Below are positions 28,147 to 38,400 of a stretch of 64,000 nucleotides of DNA, one piece after another (positions within the stretch are counted from its first letter, which is position 1; each line of letters begins with the position of its first letter). A program made the position numbers and the translations under genes. The notes under the pieces are model-generated. The model did no database searches and was not told the origin of the DNA. It saw only the letters and a list, made by a program, of their open reading frames with translations. This DNA comes from a virus, in IMG/VR virus record IMGVR_UViG_3300035698_000810, positions 2,839 to 66,838 of that record; one strand, 5' to 3'.

Positions 28147-29457
28147 ATGCCGTATCGACCACTAGGACCTAGAGTCTCGCAGGCTTTATCTCGGTTCGGT
28201 GACAACTTTCAACCGACTGGCCAGGGCGGATACGATCCGCTTGCGCGTAGGATGTTTGGACCAGGTGAAGCTCCCATACATTCATATACTCCTGATGGCT
28301 CGCAGCCATGGGGTGTAACATCAGCTATTCCTAGCCGTGGACCTGTTCAGATTCCTATTGGCTATGAGGAAGAGCTCGGTGTACAACCACCTATTGGCTA
28401 TGGGGAAGAGCTTGGTGTACAACCACCTATTGGAAGCCAAACAACACTGCCACCTTCTGTGCAGCCACCTTCCACACTACCATACCCTCCTCCCCGTCGT
28501 CCCCAGGTTTCTCAGCAAGCTGGTGGACTACCGCCGCAGGTTAATATGTCAGGACCTATACCTGCAGGACCGCAGGTTGATATGTCAGGACCTATACACA
28601 CACCCGCAGGCACAACGCCTGCGGGCAATGCGTACGCAGCTCAGCTAGAGAAACTCATGGGCGAGTTCTTAAATGCTCCTGAACAAGAGGAGCTTACTGA
28701 GAAAGATAAACGGGCTCAGTGGCTGCGTGCAGGCTTAGCTACTATGCAGGCTGCAGGCCAGCGCGGCTCCACTGCGCTGGGGTCTATCGGTGCTGGTGGT
28801 GTAGCTGCTATGAATTACGGCGACAAGCTCAGGGCACAGCGTGCTAGCACGCGTACTGCTAACCTGGGCCGTGCGTTAGACACAACTGAATTACTTGCTA
28901 GGTATCAGGACCTTCGGGACCAGCGCACGCATGCCTCGGGTGAGAGCAGAGCTGACCGCGCTAGTACTGAAGGCATTGCAAGGTCTGATCGGGCTGTTGA
29001 CGCGTACGAAGCTACAACAGGTCGTATCAGTGCACATAATGATACAGCTGCTAACAATGAGACTCGTGCAAACAATAGAGCTGAGCTTATTATATCTGGT
29101 CAGGAGATACAGCAGAACGAACGAGTCATTCGTAACGAAGCTGGTGCGCGGGTTGGTGAGTTTAGTACTACCCTAAAGAAACAGATTAGTGAAGACCCAA
29201 CTGCACCTGATCGTACACCGCAAGAACTAGACGACTACGTTGATAGCCGTGCTATCCAGCAGTTTGGTGCTGATAGCGAACAGGGTAGACACATTGGTCG
29301 TGCGCGTATCGTTAAGCGGTTTAAGTCTATTCAAGAGCAGCTTAAGACAAACATGATAACGCAAGATCAGTTTGATGCTCAGAAAGCTATCATCACACAA
29401 CAGATGAACATGATCAATGACGGATTAGGAGAGTACTTTGTCAGACATGAGCGGTGA
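28147..29457 (+). CDS. internal virion (ejection) protein 2
   Basis: Pro-rich N-terminus, hydrophobic LRAGLATM...ALGSIGAGG segment, coiled coil; lies between other ejection genes. Confidence 0.65.
   Translation: MPYRPLGPRVSQALSRFGDNFQPTGQGGYDPLARRMFGPGEAPIHSYTPDGSQPWGVTSAIPSRGPVQIPIGYEEELGVQPPIGYGEELGVQPPIGSQTTLPPSVQPPSTLPYPPPRRPQVSQQAGGLPPQVNMSGPIPAGPQVDMSGPIHTPAGTTPAGNAYAAQLEKLMGEFLNAPEQEELTEKDKRAQWLRAGLATMQAAGQRGSTALGSIGAGGVAAMNYGDKLRAQRASTRTANLGRALDTTELLARYQDLRDQRTHASGESRADRASTEGIARSDRAVDAYEATTGRISAHNDTAANNETRANNRAELIISGQEIQQNERVIRNEAGARVGEFSTTLKKQISEDPTAPDRTPQELDDYVDSRAIQQFGADSEQGRHIGRARIVKRFKSIQEQLKTNMITQDQFDAQKAIITQQMNMINDGLGEYFVRHER
28354..28433 (+). repeat. in-frame 36-bp tandem repeat (PIGYxEELGVQP, about 2.2 copies)
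   Basis: Units start at 28354, 28390 and 28426 (partial). Confidence 0.9.
28534..28597 (+). repeat. in-frame repeat with 36-bp period (PQVxMSGPI, two copies)
   Basis: CCGCAGGTTRATATGTCAGGACCTATAC at 28534 and 28570. Confidence 0.9.
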
Positions 29458-32400
29458 CGGCCGCGCAGAGCAGTGGTTGATGGACTTATCGGGTCCGCCT
29501 GAAGAAGATGAAGAGAATACGGAAGCTGTGAACCCTGAGGTTATTAGTGGTCTCTATGACATCTTCTATGATTACAAAGCTCCTGGACTTACAGAGTCTG
29601 ATGGTGAGTCGGAACCCGAAGGCGATTTAACTAATCGGTTCATTCGCGGCGCAGCCAGTATCCCAGCCGACATACTCAAAGCCTCCGGCACCCTTGGTAC
29701 GTATATAGACAAGCAACTTGGTTTAGTCCCCGAAGACTATACAGCCGACCAAGGATCTAAATTTGGTCCGTACGCTGCAGGCCAAGCTATCGAAGATAAA
29801 ATCTTCGAGATGTTTCCAATCAATGAAACAGCTGACCCATCATTTCCTCAGATGTTATCATCGGGCTTAGGTAACTGGGTATCTTTCGCTGGTGGTGGTA
29901 TAGTATCAAAAGCTATCGGTACAGCTGGTGCACGCGGTACAGCTAGGATTGCCGGTAGAGACGCCGCGCGTGCAGCAGCGCTAGAGTCTAAGGCCGCAGG
30001 CATGGTAGTAAACCCAGCCGCGCTACGTGCTGTAGGTCAGGTTGCATCAAACCGCGTTATGAAGAAAGCTGCGACAGCTGCAGGCTATATCGGCGTGGGA
30101 GCTATGGGTGCTGGTGTAACTGCACAGCAACTGTATGATGATGCGAAAGCTAATGGTGCTAGCGAAGACGACTCCATGAAAGCATTCTTCCTAGGTGCTG
30201 GATTAGGTACGACTGAAGCTGTTCCTATTATCAACGCACTAAACCGTATTGACAAGTTCTTACCTGACGGTGCCAAGACTAAGTTCCTCGCCAACGTAGC
30301 TAAGGGCGCGGGCGAAGAAGGCCTACAGGAGTTCTTGGCTGAACTAGGTCAGAACGTTATTGCTAAGGATTTGGTAGGCTACGATGAGGAAAGAGGATAC
30401 TTCGTTAATACGAAAGAGGCCGCGGGTGTAGGCGCCACGTTGGGTGGTGCACTTAATGCAATCCTTGGAGCCTTTGGTTTAAGACGAGCATCCAAGAGGA
30501 TTGACAATGGTGACGATAAGGGCAACGAGGATGGACCGGGTGACCCACCGGGACCTAGTGATACACCTCAACCAACCGGCCCAGGGGAACAGCTGATACA
30601 CTTTGCTTTACCCGCACCTTCTATGCAGAACCGTCCGCCTACTCCTCTACTAGAGCCACCTATCGGTAAGGTACCGGGTGAGGGCTTCACTATGTTTGAG
30701 GACGATGCACCAGGTATCTATGGTGAAGATGGCTTCGTTGATCTGACGAGACTCAAAGCTGCGACAGCTGTTGCACTAGGTGAGAGACAGGCTGAGACAG
30801 GTGCTATCTTAGACGCGGCGCGCAAGGCTACATCCTTGGAGATGGCTGACGTAAACGATCTGCCTGGTTCAGTACGCCAGCGTCTTCAGCAGGAAGCTAT
30901 TAATACTGGTCGTGAACTGCCTGAGTTCTTTTCCAGAAAAGATTTACTCGACAACGGCGTAACACCTGAACAGATTAAACAGACCTTCCGTGAAAAGGAA
31001 GAGGGTTACAAACAGTTCTCTACTACTCCTGGAGTAGACTTAGAAACACTTGCTTCTTTAGATGAGGACGCTGCGTACAACTACGTCGGTGATAACTTCC
31101 CTAGACTTAAGAAGTGGTTGAACGGTACGGTTGAACAGGCTGAGACAGCTGAAGCGCGTATCTTCGCTAACTTATCTAACTCTCCTTTCTTTAACAGGTT
31201 CATCGGCGGAACTGAAGTAGCTTATAATAACGGCGTACCTCGGTTAGTGTACCACGCAACTACGTCCCGAAACCCCTTTGATACCTTTTTACCAGGAACT
31301 CATTACGGTACCAGGGGTTCAGCCGAGGAAAGACTGGGTTCTGATATAACCCCAGACAACCGGCGTGTAATCCCAGGCTACCTGAATATACAGAATCCTC
31401 TACAGGTTGAGGACCATGGCGGCAATCTTGCAGTTGACTACGCTGCAGAGCTTGTTGAGACGGGTATATTAGAAACAGCTGATATAGACAGAATAGTAGA
31501 TGCAGGCGGACCACGCTTCAAGGATGCTGTTAACAGACTGATCGACAAGAACGGTACGAAGACTGGTAAGATACAGTCAATGTGGCAGCGTGTCTGGAAC
31601 GATAAGCGTTTCTTACAACAAGCATATGACATGTACTACGGAGATGAAGCTGGAATGTCCCGTAGTAAGAGTCAGCGTAACTCCGCTCTTGCAGGCATCA
31701 ACCAAGACCTGCAAGAAGAACTGTTCAACGTACTCGAAGAGAAGGGCTACGACGGCTTCACCTACGAGAACATGAACGAAGATAAGGGTGCGCCGTCTTA
31801 TGTTGCGTTCAGACCTGAGCAGTTCAAATCAGTCTTCAACGATAGGTTCGATCCTGACGACGCTAAGTTCAGCACTCAGCCACCGCCTACTACTCCTAAG
31901 TTCAAGGCCACAGCTAAGGTCATAAGACAAGAAGTCGAAGCCATACTTAACAGGATCCTACCTAAGGACAAACCAAGTATTGTCTTACGTCAGGCCATTA
32001 AGGTTGATGTTGCTGATAACCAAGAAGCTCTTAATGCATCTGGCGGTAACTTAGAGCAAGGTGAGTCTGAAATAGAGGTTGCTGGTTACTACGACCCTAC
32101 GCTTAACTTGGTTGCCATTGCTCTTAATAAGGATCCGCGTAAAGCAGCTGCTCACGAAGTAGTCCACTTCCTTATGGAGCGCGGGTTCTTTACTGTAGAT
32201 GAACTCTCAGCTATCGCTGACAACAGAGACGTGCTGGTTCGCATGGCTACTATAGAGCAGGTTGGCCAAGCGAAGTGGGACAAGCTTAATGCCAAGTCTA
32301 GGACTCGGCTGCTTAACATGTATCAGGAACGGTTGTCTAACGAAGAAGCTTTCGCTATTGCCGCCGCGCGATACGATACACTTGTGCATCAAGGCAAAGA

Positions 32401-35400
32401 CCCTGCCAACGTTAAGGGTGTGCTCAAGACTGCATGGGCAAAATTCAATAAGATTATGCGTCAGATTAAATCGTCTCTGGCTGGACAGGGCTTCGAGACT
32501 ATTGAGTCTGTGTTCGAAAGCTATTCCACTGGCCGTGTTGGTAGCAGACCAGAGGGTCAATCAGATCGTGTAGATCAGCAAGTCACGGAAGCTCTCGCCG
32601 GCGTTGATATGGCGCAGGCTGGGTTAGCTCCGTTAGCTGCGCGTGAAGAGAAGCGTCGTAAGAAAGCCGTCAAACAACCCGAGACACTGCGCGGGACTAA
32701 CACGCGTAAGAAGCCTGCACTACGCGTTGATCCTAAGACCGGACGGAAGTTCTCTGTAACCGTGGAGAGTGTTAACGAGGACTGGGACTCAGGCATTGAA
32801 CGCGCCTTCGATGATCCAAACCTGAAACTTCCTAGTAAGGCAGATGGTAACCAATGGTTCGGGTCCCTGTTTGAATATACTAAGAAACCTAAACAGAAAC
32901 AAGACGAGGCTGATGCAGACTACCGTCTCCGTATTAAAGACCAACTGAATAAAGCCGGTGAGTTCGAACCTCGTTTAATGTCTAAGATCAAGGGCCTCAA
33001 TGTGAATGAAGCGCGCTGGGTAGGTTTACCTGCGTGGCTCAAGAGTAAGGCTGATGATAAGATCACTAAGGAAGAGATTCTAAGCTTCACAGCCTCTAAC
33101 ACTGTTGAGGTATGGCAGACCACGTATAGTGGTAATGATGCCAAGTTTGGCAGCTACATTAATGGTGATCTGTACGGCTTTAACTATCGAGAACATGTGT
33201 TTGCTTACCCTGGATCAGATGCTCCTATGGGTACAAACGATGCAGTGGTTTACCGTGAGATAGGTCGTACTCAAGCGGCTGTCACGCTCCACGTTATTCA
33301 GTCTAACAAAGAGAAAAAGGGGCTTTTACTACCACCCGGCAAAGCTCTTGATAGGCAAGTGCAGGATATGCAGCATGCCAGACGCTTCGAGGCTATAACC
33401 AAGGGTATATTCGGTAACCCCGGACCTGAGACCGTAGCTAAAGTTCTTGAATACATAGCTAAGAAAGCAGGTTTCGCTTCACTGGGAGAGATGGCATCTA
33501 AGAATCGTAACCACGCGGATGATACGAATCTAGACCTCAGACTCAAGACAATGGCTGATCGTTATATCACCTGGAATATGGATCTTCTACACGACCTGGA
33601 CATTGGCACTGAAAGTATTTCACTACAAGACGCTATGTGGAAGTACTACGCTTCACAAAAAGATACTGTGCCAACGTTTTACTATACGCGTCCTGCGGCT
33701 GTTGCGCATCTCGAAGACCTTAACGAAGCCACAGAGGCCCAGCAAAACTGGTTCGAAGACTTCGGTGACCTAGTCTCCGGCCACTTAATGGGCTTCGCTG
33801 ATTCAGGATCTAGCACTACAATCGAAACTAAGAAACACAAGTCTACTAAGGTTACCACTGAAGCTGGTGTAGAATCCGAGGGCCATTTATCTGGCGGACA
33901 CTGGGGCAGACACTCTGGCGGCATGGGACCATTCGCCTGGAGTCTTCTTGAGGATGTACAGGTTGGTGATGCTGCCGCTATTAGGATTGTAGAGCTGCAG
34001 TCTGATGAACTGTCTATTGGTAGGGCCCAAGAGAACTTTGAGCATGCGTTCGATAAAAACCAGTGGCCGTTACTTGTCATCAAGAATGCTGTACAAGAAG
34101 CTGTTAAGACCGAGGCCGGCTATGTGTTGTGGCCTACTGGAAAAGAGATTAACGATCGCTGGAACCATGTCCACATCGAGGACGTGACTGAAATAGACAT
34201 TACTATGTTTGGTGATGAAGCTGGCATCTTTGCTGTAGACCCTAAGGACGGACAGATACACCAGTTTATGGGTTCAGAAGATAATAACTTCGAGTATACT
34301 AACCCGTACGAATTGCTGCATAACAAAGATGCACTAAGGGGTTACATAACAGATAAAGAGGCTATGGACCGCATCTTTACGCAGGTAGCTGAGATCAATA
34401 AACGGTATATTGCCGACATAGAAGCTGCTAAAAAGAAATTCCCTGACGTAGCTGCGCAGCTTGAGCGCGACTATGATACCACTGAATATGATCCAGCGGT
34501 TGCGTCTGCGCTGGGTGTTAACCAGAGTAACTACAATATTGAGATCAGTCTACCCAACCCAATCACTGTTGCTGATCCAGGCTTCGTCAATCTATACGAC
34601 AAGCAGGTTGCTAACGATGTACGCAAGTGGTTAAAAGGTATAGGTGTTACGGATGCGCAGGTTGAGAGAGGCATACAACCTAGTGGATCTGAAAGTATCT
34701 CTGTGCCTGGTGTTCGATACCCCTTCGTACAGTCTCTGACTACAGTGCATACTGATACCTACGAAATGATGCATGACTTTATAGCTGGCGACATCGCACG
34801 TAATATCCTAGAGTTAGATACGCACTGGGAGGGTGTGGGTCAAGCTCGGCGCTGGACTGACGTCGTTTCCTTACCTGGTGATAACTTACCTGATAATCCT
34901 TTTGTGCAGGACCTTCCAACGCGTAACGTAGCTAATCCAGGCGATCAGCTACGTGGTCACATTGACGAATCAGGTGAACTTACAGAAGACACTCTAGCGG
35001 AAATCATCTGGGAAATCTACGGTAGTATGCAGGCAGCTGCAGGCAAACCCCCGGCTCGCAGTAACGACTACGCATCATGGGACCGGACTGTGGACCTTAG
35101 CCACGTACAGCTAACAGAATTAGGTAGACAGTTTAAAGACGCGCTGGTTGCTAACAAGTTTGACCGTGCTGACGTAGAGGAAGGCATGCATGATATAGCC
35201 TTCGCCATTAACAAGAACGGTCTGCGTTCTCGTCTTGCTGCTGACGGCAACGCTGAGCTGCTTCATTGGTTTGCTGACAGCCAGGCTGACCCGCTAGGTC
35301 TGTTTGATTCTATCAACGGTTTTACACAGACAATGAACATCCGGCCTGATGCCCTACTCGGCCGGTTTATAGGTAAGGCTTCATTAGTTGTAAACGACCC

Positions 35401-38400
35401 AAGTAATTCACCAGCGTATAAGAGTAACTTCGCCACGCAGCTGGAGCAGCTTACTGGTATCACAGGGGGGATTCTTGATTATGCGTCCAATGCTAGGATA
35501 GATGCTGATGCGTCCGCGGTGTCTGGTCAGCTACCTAAGTATCCTCGTATAGCCCAGAGTATACTTGATGAGGTTTCACAACGCTTCAATGATAATGTTA
35601 AGGAGAACTTCGGTCAACCTCTGAAAACCAAGAAGCAGGGTCCCAAGGTTAATGGACTGAAAATGTCTCCTCAAATCGTAGATGCAGTTAAGCAACGGCT
35701 GACGATGTTCTCAGTAACTCCGACCATGACCCAATCCCTTGATAACACAGTCGATGATTTACTGGGTATGGCTATGGCTGTAGAGCCTGGAGCTGCTAAT
35801 CTGCCGGTACAATACGGCGCACAACCTGAGATGCTTGCCGAATATAAACAGGGGCTTGCCCACTTAGAGACTATAGAAAACGACGTCGAAAAGGATATGT
35901 ACTTCAACAGAGTACTGTCTCCGCTAGAGGAGAAACTTAAGACTCAGCTGAAGGACGGTGTGCAGGCTATGCTGCAGGTACCGACGTCTCGCCGTGCATT
36001 CTTACGCGGGATGTCTGCAGCAGCTACATGGGCTACGCGGTTTACCGATCTACAGAACACGATTACTGCGCTTAAGCCTCTGGACATAGCACCGCTACCG
36101 CAGGTCATTACTCCAGAGATAGCAGGAGCTAGAGCTTACAGCGCAATGTTTGCTAGGTATCTGCAAAGAATTGCTCGAGGTGAGAAGCTGCTGTCTAAGT
36201 ATATACCAGACGTTTATAACGAGGATGGTGTATTTGATCGCTATGACGTTAACCATAGTCGCGTTTTGGACGGCTGGGGTGAAGCGCGTAAGGAACTACG
36301 CGGTGAAGAATTAAACGATGCTTGGAACGCGGCGTACTACCACGATATAGAAACAGCGCAGCCTTTACATTCTAAAGCTTTATTCGAAAGATATTCAGTT
36401 GACCCTGTAATTACTGTACGCGACGAATATGAGAGGAAACATCCTTTCAGTAAATTCAATAAAAACCTTCCTCGCAGAATTAACGCTGATGAGATACCTC
36501 TTGGAATAGAGCAAGAGATTTATGAACTGATGAGTGAGCACAATGACACTGTTCAACAACCTGGCGTAGTAGAGTTTGATAGTGAAGCTAATCCTTACTA
36601 CGGTTACGACTGGAAATCCCGCACAGCTGGATATAAAGAGTTTGATAGTATCGCTAACACACTAACTATCATAGGCGACATACTTACAGATGGTGGTACT
36701 ATACATCCTTATGGCAATGCAAGTGAGCTTGGTGATGAAGCGAATGCTATCAACAACTCAGTTTTGTACGCTTCAAACGAGTTAGAACTAGATACAGCAT
36801 TACGTACGGCTGAGTATCACTTCGCCTGGTCGTTGGAAGACGGTCGCAAAGACCCGGCCACTTATAACTCTATCATGTCTCAGTTCGCAAAAGCGTTCGA
36901 CTATACAGGAGAGATATTTCAGAGCTGGGAAGAAACCAATAAGTGGCTGCGCGAAGTAATATGGAGGTCGGCTAAACGGCTAGCAACAGAGGACATCTAC
37001 GAAGAGGACTTCTATAAATCTAAGAATGCGTCACAAGAGGATGCAGACTTATCAAACGAAGAGTTTATTCTGAAGCGTTATTTAATGGCGCAGGACGCTT
37101 ACTTCCGTTCTCACAAGCCACCAGCAAACGCTAAGTTCTCTACTACAGGTCAGTCAATTGATAGTGAAGACCAGAGTACAGTAGACTCTTACAACAAAGT
37201 ATTCCACCGCGACGTGCGTTCATGGGGCCAGAGAATCCGTGACTGGATTGACTACTTCAAGGATTACGGCTGGCTCGCAGCTAAGCAAGGTTTCTTCGAT
37301 CAGTTCTCTTCACTGAGACAGCACGAGCTGGAAATCTACGGTGAGTACCTTGATGCATCTATCTCCCCGTGGCGCACAGCTTTACTATCTCAGAACCTAG
37401 ACTCGGTCATGAACTATTACTTCATGAGCGGTACTACTATCTACAATCCTGAAAAAGGTATCTTCGAAGCTCAGGAGGACTCGACAGGACTGCTCGAGGT
37501 ATTCCAACCGTTAGTTGATGCTGATCTTATGGATCAGTGGGCAGCGTGGATGGTTGCTAAACGCGCTAGTCGTTTAACTAAAGAGGGTAGGCAGGAACTG
37601 CTGTCCAAAGAGGATATGGATCGGTTCCTAGCCTTAGCTGAAAAGCACTCAGATGCCGTAAGCTTTGAAGACATCGATGCTGAATGGCAGAAGTTTAACA
37701 AGTCTGTTCTGAATATGGCTGAGTCAGCTGGCATCATTGATGCTGAGTCCCGTCCGTCTTGGGAAGCCACTGACTACGTACCGTTCTATAGAGTCATGGA
37801 AGACGAGTTCAGACAGAACATACTGAAAAAAGGTCCTAACGCAGGTAAGGGTCTAGCCAACCAGAAGTCAGGCATGTGGGCTCTATACGGTGGCACTGAC
37901 AAACAGGTTGATCCCTTTGAAGGTATCGTCATGAACCTGTCTAAGTTAGTAGATGCTAGCTATAAGAACGTCGCGATGATTAAGGTTGCAGAGATGCTTG
38001 AAGGCACCGAGACTATTACTGAACAGAACTCTCGTGCGTTTACCAGAGCCCAGGTCCCAGTTGGGGAAATGAAAAAGGCATTGCGTAAACTCGGGTTTGA
38101 TGTGTCTAGGACCGGGGTCCCCGGAGCTAACAGTTTGATTGAGAACGTTGCTGCACTTACTAAACCCAAGGGTGACAACGTTATCTCGGTCATGGTTGGT
38201 GGTAAGCCTAAGTACTACAAGGTGAATGATGCGCTTACGCTTCAGGCACTAACTGGTATGGACTACACCTTACCCGGCTTTATCTCGACTGCAGCCAACA
38301 TGAAGACCTTATTCACTAACATGGTCACACACGATCCAGGCTTTATGCTTGCTAATATCTTTAGGGATACGGTCTCGACCTTTGTCGTAACTGGCAAGAC

